Assembly: GCA_048617235.1 (NCBI GenBank)
Contig: JBMCHT010000004.1
Coordinates: 46,107 to 110,106 of the forward strand
Origin: Patescibacteria group bacterium
GTDB taxonomy: Bacteria; Patescibacteriota; Minisyncoccia; Phycocordibacterales; XYD1-FULL-46-19
DNA: 64,000 bases
Reading direction: 5' to 3'
Shown: in pieces, positions 45,555 to 53,847 of the stretch
Position numbering within the stretch: position 1 is the first letter of the stretch
Layout: each line of letters begins with the position of its first letter
Program-made: the position numbers and the translations under genes
The notes under the pieces: generated by a model
Told to the model about the DNA's origin: nothing
The model's input: only the letters and a program-made list of their open reading frames with translations
Databases searched by the model: none

Positions 45555-46262
45555 TTAAATTACTTTAAAAGATAAACGCCGGTAGACCACCGCCAGAGTC
45601 ACTAAAGTTAATGGCATACTAACCAATAAACCAATACCAAAAAACAAAGTACCGATAATATTTATTGCTATTAAATACCATAACAACAACAATAATGGCC
45701 ACTTAACTCCTTTGGTTAAGACAAAATTCTCCCGAAGAGCGGTAATTAAATCGGCATTTTTATCCAATAAAATATAATAAATAAGCACTAATTGAGAAAT
45801 CACAGCAGTATAAACAAATATGAAACCAACAAAAAACAAAAACATCATCAAAAGAAAATTATCAAGAGTATCTTTAATTAATCCTGAATTAATCATCAAT
45901 ATAAATAAAAGCATACTCAAGCCGGCTATAATTACAAAAATAAAACCAAACAAAAAATAAGCTCCTACAACTTGAACAAAACGAAATAAACTCATCTCGG
46001 TAATCAACTGATTAAAAGAAACCGGTTGGCCATCGGCGGCTACAATAGCCGTTTTAACACCGACAATTAAAGTCCAAATACTGAAAATTAAAGATAAAAT
46101 TACAAAACTTACAATTTCCAAACCATCAAAAAAACGATCTCCAATAGATGAAGACATATTAATAATCATAAAAACCAAAGTCAGGCCGGATAAAACCACC
46201 CATTGATTCCTATAAGCTCGCCAGCCACCGGCAATAACCGCTCTAAGATCCAGAGTATTCAT
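45555..46262 (-). CDS. hypothetical membrane protein
   Basis: 6 predicted transmembrane helices. Confidence 0.4.
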   Translation of the reverse strand: MNTLDLRAVIAGGWRAYRNQWVVLSGLTLVFMIINMSSSIGDRFFDGLEIVSFVILSLIFSIWTLIVGVKTAIVAADGQPVSFNQLITEMSLFRFVQVVGAYFLFGFIFVIIAGLSMLLFILMINSGLIKDTLDNFLLMMFLFFVGFIFVYTAVISQLVLIYYILLDKNADLITALRENFVLTKGVKWPLLLLLWYLIAINIIGTLFFGIGLLVSMPLTLVTLAVVYRRLSFKVI

Positions 46263-46293
46263 AAAATAATAATATTATTTCTTAATAGCTTCA

Positions 46294-47571
46294 TTATAAC
46301 CCAAATGGCCACCAACGGAAACGACCGGTTTCTGTCGGCACTTGCCAGCTGGTGGCCTTCTCCTTTTCCACTTTTTTTGTCTCCATTGGTGTTTCCGCTT
46401 CAATTTCTACCGGCTCCACAACCGCCGGCTCCACAACCGGAGGCGGTGGGGCTTGAGCCTCAACTACGGACTCCTCAGCTAACATCTCAGCCAAAGATTC
46501 CAAAGCGGTCATTAATTCTTCCACTTCAAGCTCTGCTTCAATTTCCTCCTCAATTTGTAAATCCACCATCAATTTATCTTCATCATTAGTAAAATAAAAC
46601 TCCGATTCTTCATCCTCGGTTACCCGAAACCGCAGACTCTCCCCCGCTAAAACAATAGTATCCTCGGCCAATTCCCTCAATCTTTCCTGATCATCATACA
46701 AACGCCATTTGCCGACATTAATCTCGTATTGACTCTTATTTTTTAATTCCAAAACATCATCCGTTAAACTCAATTCCAATTCCGGATCAATCACCAAAAC
46801 CTCCGTTCGAGCCACCGCTTTTCTACCGGAATGTTTATCCTTTACCGTCAAAACCACCGCATAACGACCGGCAAACTCATAACGATGAACAACTGTCTGC
46901 CCTTCAACCCGATTGCCATCACCAAAAGACCAAGTAAAATCCAAAGACTGAAGATTATCTTCAGTTAACTCGGCTTGGAATTCAACTTCGGCTCCGGTGG
47001 TTACCAACCGCTCCCGACCGGCCGAGGCCGCCAGAGCCGGCTCCGGCTCCACTACCGATAAAGGAGTCGGCTGGCTGTGGGCGGAAGAGGCAGTGTCCAC
47101 TGCTTCATCTTCCAATTGCTCTCCAGCTGGAGGTTCTGGCTCCGGTTCCGGTTCCGGTTCCGGTTCATCACTAATAACAATCTCTTGAGTAGCCGAAAAA
47201 GACGTTTCTGTTTCTCTAATTTCCGCCACTACTTGTAAAGTATGCGTACCTAAAGTGCCGTCTATATAATAAAAAGTACGACTCCCCCAATTACTGTTCA
47301 TAGTAGTACTTACAGGATCACCGGAAGAATTAACAAATTGACCGGTTGGAGAAGAAGTTTGTAGAATTAAATCAGCGGTCTGACCAAAAGGTAATGTTTC
47401 CCCAGCAACATCAATCGGACTAATGGTGATAGCACCGGATATTACATCCGGCATTACTGTTTGAGGTTCTGTGGTGAATATTAAATCAACTGCCGAACCT
47501 TCATAAGCAAACACGCCGAAAGGGCTCGCCCACAACAATATAGACAAGCATAATCCAATTTTCTTTTTCAT
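46294..47571 (-). CDS. secreted PKD-domain protein with (EP)n linker
   Basis: Signal peptide. PKD-like segment FTWSFGDGNRVEGQTVVHRYEFAGRYAVVLTVKD. EPEPEPEPEPEP linker. Confidence 0.5.
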   Translation of the reverse strand: MKKKIGLCLSILLWASPFGVFAYEGSAVDLIFTTEPQTVMPDVISGAITISPIDVAGETLPFGQTADLILQTSSPTGQFVNSSGDPVSTTMNSNWGSRTFYYIDGTLGTHTLQVVAEIRETETSFSATQEIVISDEPEPEPEPEPEPPAGEQLEDEAVDTASSAHSQPTPLSVVEPEPALAASAGRERLVTTGAEVEFQAELTEDNLQSLDFTWSFGDGNRVEGQTVVHRYEFAGRYAVVLTVKDKHSGRKAVARTEVLVIDPELELSLTDDVLELKNKSQYEINVGKWRLYDDQERLRELAEDTIVLAGESLRFRVTEDEESEFYFTNDEDKLMVDLQIEEEIEAELEVEELMTALESLAEMLAEESVVEAQAPPPPVVEPAVVEPVEIEAETPMETKKVEKEKATSWQVPTETGRFRWWPFGL

Positions 47572-47594
47572 AAGCCAATGAAAATTAAAAGCTT

Positions 47595-47909
47595 TTATTT
47601 AACCGACCAAATTGTCGGTTCTTTAATTAAAATTTTAAATATATTCTCCAACAAATCCCCACCGGCATAACCTAAAACTACTGCCACTGATGGCGTAATC
47701 ATTTCCAAACCTAAAAAAGTAAAGCCCATATCAGCTGTCACATAAGCGGCCAATAAACCAATCCCTCCGGAAACCAACATCATTAAAGTAAAATACAGTG
47801 GCCGAAAAGGCACATCTTTATAAGATTGTTGGTGTTTAATAAAACCAACCAAACCCCTAACCACACCGCCTAAGAAGCCGGCTAATAAAATGGAAATTGA
47901 AATAGTCAT
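47595..47909 (-). CDS. small membrane protein
   Basis: 104 aa with 3 transmembrane helices. Confidence 0.35.
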   Translation of the reverse strand: MTISISILLAGFLGGVVRGLVGFIKHQQSYKDVPFRPLYFTLMMLVSGGIGLLAAYVTADMGFTFLGLEMITPSVAVVLGYAGGDLLENIFKILIKEPTIWSVK

Positions 47910-47928
47910 AATAAAAACTTTTAAACTA

Positions 47929-48960
47929 CTAATAACTTATTTGATTAACCACTCGCCCCTCTTTATCTTTTAAAATAATGGATTCTCTGGTTCTATCCCA
48001 CATCTGGTGCCCTCGGTTCAAAAATATCCGCCACTCAGGTAAGAAAAAATTAGGATCATCTTTGTGGTTTATAACGCAAGCCGAATAATTAAATCTTTCT
48101 CGAATAAAATCCTGACACTGCTCAGTTAATTCTGAAATACTGCTATCTGTCGGCCGAACACAGCCCCGTAATTTCCTAATATAGTTATAGCAACTATCCT
48201 CCAAAACATTCACCCCCTCATAAGAACTCGGCCGTGGACATTGCCTCATCGGTAAAGCCGGTATGGTTTGAAACCACCGAGTTAAATAACCGCTACATTT
48301 GGTTAATTGAAAGTTAGTATCCACATAAAAACCCCGCGACCCCTCCGGTGACGAACCGGTGGTAATTATAGCTTTAACTCCCGGTTCCAAATAAATATCT
48401 GACGGCTTTTCGCGAATAGCCGGCGGTTGCAAAATCTTTATTCCCTTTCCAATGGTAGCCGTTCTTTTCTCTCCCCAAACCGCCTGATCATCATCACCAC
48501 GAACAAATTCTCTAACCATTTTCTGGTCACCGGCATTTTCCAAAGTCCAACCGGTTATATTTATCGGTTCGGGATTATTACTTCTGGCGGTAATAATAAT
48601 ATATTCATAAGCAGACCTTTGCTCGGTAGCCGCTGTCCCCTTTCTAATTGTTACCATATCTTTCCAAGGAGAAATAGTAGGATCAATTTCTTCCTCTTCT
48701 TCTTCAACCGGAGTCTCTACCTGCGGTTTATCGCTGGTTGGTTTTTTAATTACAGCTGATTTAGGAATCTGCGGAGCGGCCGCTTCAAAATCCGGAATAA
48801 AAAAACTTAAAAAACCACCACTATCAGTAGAAGTAGCCACCTCTCCTTCCTCCCCTTCCCCGGAAGAGATTATAAAGCTACCGACCACCCAAAACAAAAT
48901 CACTAACAAAACCACAAACACCAACATCCCGACCAAGAGTTTCGGATAAAAAGATTTCAT
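47929..48960 (-). CDS. secreted protein, possible lamin-tail-domain (LTD)-like fold
   Basis: N-terminal TM/signal. NNPEPINITGWTLENAGD resembles the LTD core. Cys-rich C-terminal region. Confidence 0.35.
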   Translation of the reverse strand: MKSFYPKLLVGMLVFVVLLVILFWVVGSFIISSGEGEEGEVATSTDSGGFLSFFIPDFEAAAPQIPKSAVIKKPTSDKPQVETPVEEEEEEIDPTISPWKDMVTIRKGTAATEQRSAYEYIIITARSNNPEPINITGWTLENAGDQKMVREFVRGDDDQAVWGEKRTATIGKGIKILQPPAIREKPSDIYLEPGVKAIITTGSSPEGSRGFYVDTNFQLTKCSGYLTRWFQTIPALPMRQCPRPSSYEGVNVLEDSCYNYIRKLRGCVRPTDSSISELTEQCQDFIRERFNYSACVINHKDDPNFFLPEWRIFLNRGHQMWDRTRESIILKDKEGRVVNQISY

Positions 48961-49022
48961 AATATTGTTTTAATTATAAAAGGTTTAGTCATTAAAGCCA
49001 AGTTTTAGGCAAACAAAAAACC
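48852..49022. repeat. direct repeat copy A (~170 bp; promoter plus first ~35 codons of the 47929-48960 gene)
   Basis: About 92% identical to 49856-50012, with a perfect core of ~100 bp. Confidence 0.8.
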
Positions 49023-49120
49023 TTTGATTTACTTTACCTCTAAGGACTGGAATAAATTATAACTTATACATTAAAATAAACTTAGTACGACTCAGGTTTA
49101 TTAAAACAATTTATGTTAAA

Positions 49121-49825
49121 ATGACACTTATGAGTAAAAAAGAAATCGTAATTTATCAAGCAAAATCTGGTGCTATTGAATTTAAGGGAGATATAGGAAA
49201 TGAGACAATTTGGGCTTCGCAGTCTCAAATTGCCGAGGCTTTTGAGGTAGATGTTCGCACAATAAATGAACATATTTTAAATATATATAAAAGTAAAGAA
49301 TTGTCTAAAAAAACAACTATCCGGAATTTCCGGATAGTTCAAAAAGAGGGCAAAAGAGAAGTATCTCGTGAAGTAAAACATTACAATTTAGATATGATTA
49401 TTTCGGTTGGTTATAAGGTTAACTCAAAAAAAGCTACTAAATTTAGACAATGGGCAACCAAAACTCTCAAGGATCACTTAACCAAGGGCTATACGATAAA
49501 CCGCAAAAGAATTACTAAAAATTATCATGAATTTTTAAAATCAGTTGAAGAAATAAAAAAACTTCTTCCCAATGGAGATGCTTTATCTAAAGAAGACACT
49601 TTAGAATTAATTAAATTTTTTGCTAGTACTTGGCTTTCTCTTGATGCTTACGACAAATCAACATTTTCCAAAAAAGGCCTAACCAAAAAACAAATTAAAA
49701 TAACTGCTACCGAATTGGAAAGTGCTATTTATAATTTAAGAAATAATCTCATTTCTCAAAAAGAAGCTACCGACATTTTTGCTCAAGAGCCGAAAGTAAC
49801 CCTAATGATAAAGAAAAAGTTGTAG
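49121..49825 (+). CDS. RhuM-family (virulence protein RhuM-like) protein
   Basis: IVIYQAKSGAIEFKGDIGNETIWASQSQIAEAFEVDVRTINEHI...FRQWATKTLKDHL matches RhuM family proteins. Confidence 0.65.
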   Translation: MTLMSKKEIVIYQAKSGAIEFKGDIGNETIWASQSQIAEAFEVDVRTINEHILNIYKSKELSKKTTIRNFRIVQKEGKREVSREVKHYNLDMIISVGYKVNSKKATKFRQWATKTLKDHLTKGYTINRKRITKNYHEFLKSVEEIKKLLPNGDALSKEDTLELIKFFASTWLSLDAYDKSTFSKKGLTKKQIKITATELESAIYNLRNNLISQKEATDIFAQEPKVTLMIKKKL

Positions 49826-49855
49826 GTTTGGTTTTAAACTTGTTGCGTTGATTTA

Positions 49856-50012
49856 CCCCCTTCTCCGAAAGAAATTATAAAGCTGCCAATCACCGATAAA
49901 ACCACAAACACCAGCATCCCGACCAAGAGTTTCGGATAAAAAGATTTCATAATATTGTTTTAATTATAAAAGGCTTGGTCATTAAAGCCAAGTTTTAGGC
50001 AAACAAAAAACC
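49856..50012. repeat. direct repeat copy B (~157 bp) containing a truncated 5' remnant of a paralogous surface-protein gene
   Basis: Encodes MKSFYPKLLVGMLVFVV... on the minus strand, then diverges and stops after ~38 codons. A terminator hairpin follows at 50005-50030. Confidence 0.8.
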
Positions 50013-50082
50013 GCCCGAAGGCGGTTTTTTGCAACCTAAACTAAGAAAAACTTAGTTTACACAAGGTGGTTTAAGTTATCAA

Positions 50083-52086
50083 CTAAGATGCAGTTAAGTA
50101 TTGAGAAACATAAAGATCATCAATACCGAAGTCAATTGTCTTATCATTTGCCCCAGCTGTTTCACCCCAAGTTATCTCATCTATAGATAAATTCTTATTT
50201 CCAGCAGTGCCACCAGTATTGTCCATATTAGCTTGAACTGTAAAAGTTCTGGAAGTACCGTCAGCTACAAAGAAATCAGATCCCGTATCTCCAGCTTTAC
50301 TAGAAGAAGTAATTTCATCTATTGCTGACGAAGAAGCTGACGAAGAATCACTTATAGCAGTAGCTGCAGTTTTACTTATATAGACATCTCCACCATTAGA
50401 ACTAAGAGTAAACTGGAAAGTTACCTGAGCTAACGCTGGATTGTCAGTAATTGCAGAAGCAACAGCAGACATGTCACTAACGCTTACTGCTAAATCAACA
50501 AAGGTAACCTCTTCACTCGTAACTGTTGATCCACCAACAGTTACATCTTCATAATTAGTATCTTCACCTACAATAGCAACACTATCTGCTGCCAAGCTAG
50601 CTTGAACTCCATCATCTGCTGCCAAATTATCCCCTAACTCACTAACATCAGCTACCAACCTTAAAGTCTTAGTCTCGTCTTTACTGATTTCATATTCTAA
50701 ATCAGTAAAGGTGGTAGTTGCTGCAATAGTATCTGCTGTCCCTATTAAATTACTACCTTCATACAATTCTACACGGGTTAACATATCAGCAATATCGTTA
50801 GCAGAACCAGTAGTAGAAGCAATGTCGAATTTCAACTCATTAATTTCTACATCTTGATTATCGGCCTTAAGTTTAAAGACCAATAATTCCACACCTTCAG
50901 TTTCATAATCACTATCCACTTCAACATTTCTCTTTTGAGGGGTATCAGAACTTAAGGTAGGAGTAATTTGACCTACACTACTAGCTGTAAAGTCAAATTT
51001 CCTACCAGACCATCCACTTTCATGACTTAACCCTACTGTATCAGTACCTCGTACAGCATAATCATCAGTAAGAATTTCAATTTCAGCATCTTCGCGATCT
51101 GTGAATGATAAAGCACTAATTCTAACAGTTAAGTCCTTTTTACTATCTTTTGGAACTACATAATCAACATTACTGAATCGTAATCTATACTCACTACCAG
51201 AAGTTATTTCAGTGAAATCTGAAGATCCAAAATCAGCAATTTCCGCTACGACTGTATCGCCGTCCATAATGGCTATTTTATCAAAATACAACCAAGGACG
51301 AGCATCAAACCGAACATCAATTCTGTTTAAGGTTATATCCGAATCCCGAACATCAACCTCAAATCCCATAACATCTTTGGTTTGACCCTTTTTTAACTCT
51401 ACATTAGAAGGCGAAGAATTTCGAGAAACATCCATAGATCCCTCTCGTGCAACATCTCCTTCGTCGTCGTCTTCAGGATCACTACCATCACAAGGCTCAC
51501 CTGTTACCGGACTAAATCCGGTTGCATCAGTACAACCTTCAGGTAGATCTTCAACCTCAGTATCACAAGGCTCACCTGTTACCGGACTAAAGCCGGTTGT
51601 ATCAGTACAACCTTCAGGCAAACCAGGTTCAGGTTCAGATTCTACCATAGTAGCTTCAACAGCTGCTCTGGTAGAAGGACCCCAGTAACCTCGGTATTCA
51701 CCATAGTCAACACCTAAGTCATCTTGAAGATCACCAACGGCATCCTGAGTTAAACTACCATAATATTCAGATTCATTGCCAGCAGAACCGGGACCACTTG
51801 AAGCTACGGTATATCCGTTAGCATTCAACCACTCTTGTAAAGCTTTAACGGCTGCTCCGGTATCATCGGGAGCCAAGTTAGCTTGAAGAGTAGCTGGTAA
51901 TTCAGATACTCCGGTTGAAGGAGCATCATCAGCAGCAGTCAAATCTTGAATTTGTGCCATTAACTCCTGAATTTGTGCTTGAAGTTCTTCAACAGTTTGT
52001 GCACCTGCAGAAGTAGGAGCTCCAACCACCATAGCAACCGCAATTGCCGATCCGGCAAGAACAGTTAATAATTTTTTCATATTCAT
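50083..52086 (-). CDS. large secreted cell-surface protein with peptidoglycan-binding domain, tandem Cys-motif repeats and Ser/Thr-rich domain
   Basis: Signal peptide. Coiled-coil segment QAQIQELMAQIQDL. PG_binding_1-like segment (AAVKALQEWLNANGY...). Two copies of PEGCTD(T/A)TGFSPVTGEPCD. A long S/T/D-rich beta-rich C-terminal region. Confidence 0.5.
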   Translation of the reverse strand: MNMKKLLTVLAGSAIAVAMVVGAPTSAGAQTVEELQAQIQELMAQIQDLTAADDAPSTGVSELPATLQANLAPDDTGAAVKALQEWLNANGYTVASSGPGSAGNESEYYGSLTQDAVGDLQDDLGVDYGEYRGYWGPSTRAAVEATMVESEPEPGLPEGCTDTTGFSPVTGEPCDTEVEDLPEGCTDATGFSPVTGEPCDGSDPEDDDEGDVAREGSMDVSRNSSPSNVELKKGQTKDVMGFEVDVRDSDITLNRIDVRFDARPWLYFDKIAIMDGDTVVAEIADFGSSDFTEITSGSEYRLRFSNVDYVVPKDSKKDLTVRISALSFTDREDAEIEILTDDYAVRGTDTVGLSHESGWSGRKFDFTASSVGQITPTLSSDTPQKRNVEVDSDYETEGVELLVFKLKADNQDVEINELKFDIASTTGSANDIADMLTRVELYEGSNLIGTADTIAATTTFTDLEYEISKDETKTLRLVADVSELGDNLAADDGVQASLAADSVAIVGEDTNYEDVTVGGSTVTSEEVTFVDLAVSVSDMSAVASAITDNPALAQVTFQFTLSSNGGDVYISKTAATAISDSSSASSSAIDEITSSSKAGDTGSDFFVADGTSRTFTVQANMDNTGGTAGNKNLSIDEITWGETAGANDKTIDFGIDDLYVSQYLTAS
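51487..51620. repeat. 75-bp tandem repeat x2 inside the surface-protein gene
   Basis: ATCACAAGGCTCACCTGTTACCGGACTAAA(T/G)CCGGTTG(C/T)ATCAGTACAACCTTCAGG is repeated with period 75. Confidence 0.8.
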
Positions 52087-52799
52087 ATATATACTTATAA
52101 TAATAACTTATAATTTTATTACCATTACCGACTTGAACATCTCTGTTCACAATCCGGCAGACTTCGACTGGAGTCTGTTATCCGAATTGTTGTCGGCAAC
52201 TAATAATTAACTTATTAATCTTGTCTCGCTTTTTAATTTAATTTAACGAGACTAATCGAATGCGATTAAACATTCGATCGGTTTTTACTAACACTCGCCT
52301 CTTAACAGACGAGAGCTAATAACAAATTTGGTAAGTGAAAGCAACCGTAATTTCGTTCGCCACCGATTACTGAATTTTGTTTCTCTATGTGCTTGAAGAA
52401 TTTCTTCAAGGTTATTTGTCAAAGGCCGGTCACCTCCGCCGTTTCCGAATATAAACTGCTTATGACTATTATAGTATTGAACTCAATTACCTGCAAACAT
52501 TTTAAGTGTGGTTTGTGGATAACCGTAAACGATTATCTAAAACCACCGGTTTGGCTTTTTAAAACGAGTTCTTTTTTCAGAATTTCAGAAGCAGTTATCT
52601 ACTTCTTGTTTCTTTTTATTTTCATCCACTCTAGGGGGCATTATACACTAAAATTAAAACAATCACAATAATTTCTGTCATCGGCTTTTCCTGTTAAAAA
52701 TATTTTTTAAAATAGATATTCTTTAATTTAAAATCATTATTTCAATAAAAATAAAATGTCTTTTATTTTTATTTATCTGTCTTTCAAAGTCTATGTCCT

Positions 52800-53567
52800 T
52801 TAAGTGGTGGAAATGGCATACCGAGCCCAGCGTTTATCCCCTTTCTTTTTAATTTGTTTTTTGTCCAATAGATCATTTAGTTCCCTTTGGATAGTCTTTT
52901 GACTACAACCGGAAACAACCATAGCAATGTCTTTTACAGCTAACCAACCCTGTCCTTTAAGTGTCTTTAAGATTTGTTCCCGACGATCAGCTTTAGTTGA
53001 AGAATCGCCAAGAGGTTCAACTTGAGTGGCGGTTTTTGGTTGCGAGCCGGTTTTTTGAATTGGAGATGGAGTTTGTTGCCCGGCTCCCGGAATCGACGGT
53101 AGAGTTGCCGGAACGGGATTATCGTTAGATAAGAGAAAATCTTTAGACCATTGTGGAGAAACGGATTCAAAAGATTGAGCCAGTTTTTTGTATTCTTGTT
53201 GTAAGATCTCGGCATTCATAGGAGATAAAAGACCGGCGGCTCGACCGATGTCCATTAAAGACATAATAGACCAAATACGACCCTGAGCCGAACGAGTGCG
53301 GTTGGAGTCGTAAAAGACATCTGCTGAGCGATTGTCCTGCTCTGAATTATAGAAATTAAGAGACATTCCTATATCTGTTAATAAAGCCAAAGACTCTTCT
53401 CTTAATCTTCTTTTTAGAGGTTCATTTTCCGGTAACAAGTTGGTTACCATATATAAAGCTGAGGCTAATCTGCGACTTTTGCGATTCAAATAATCCTGAG
53501 GCAAACCCGAAGATTCGCTTGTCTTTTTGTCTTTTATATCCTTAATTTTAGGGTTGTTTTGAGACAT
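52800..53567 (-). CDS. hypothetical DNA-binding protein (C-terminal winged-helix/HTH)
   Basis: C-terminus ILKTLKGQGWLAVKDIAMVVSGCSQKTIQRELNDLLDKKQIKK is HTH-like. Start set at the ATG (MSQNNPKIK...); the ORF-track start is a TTG. Confidence 0.4.
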   Translation of the reverse strand: MSQNNPKIKDIKDKKTSESSGLPQDYLNRKSRRLASALYMVTNLLPENEPLKRRLREESLALLTDIGMSLNFYNSEQDNRSADVFYDSNRTRSAQGRIWSIMSLMDIGRAAGLLSPMNAEILQQEYKKLAQSFESVSPQWSKDFLLSNDNPVPATLPSIPGAGQQTPSPIQKTGSQPKTATQVEPLGDSSTKADRREQILKTLKGQGWLAVKDIAMVVSGCSQKTIQRELNDLLDKKQIKKKGDKRWARYAISTT

Positions 53568-53847
53568 ATGTCTTTTAAATGTCTTTTGTCTTTTAATGTC
53601 TGTTAGGGACAATTTTTATGTCCTTTATTATATATCAAAAGTAAAAGTTTGTCCAATAGCTTAAAAGACAAGCTTATTTTACTTATTTGGAATATTGTAA
53701 ATATAAAAGCTTTAACAATAAACTTTCAGAGGTGATTTTAAAATGATGAATATTAATTTTAAGCTATAAAAAACCACAGCTAAATATGCTATAATACTAG
53801 AGTTAAAAACTTTAAATTGAATAATTAAAATAAACATTTCATAAATT

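Noticed and set aside
47140-47172. GGTTCC hexamer tandem run
   Set aside because: It is the coding sequence for the (EP)n linker of the PKD-domain protein, not a CRISPR or a non-coding repeat. I saw no CRISPR array anywhere in the window.
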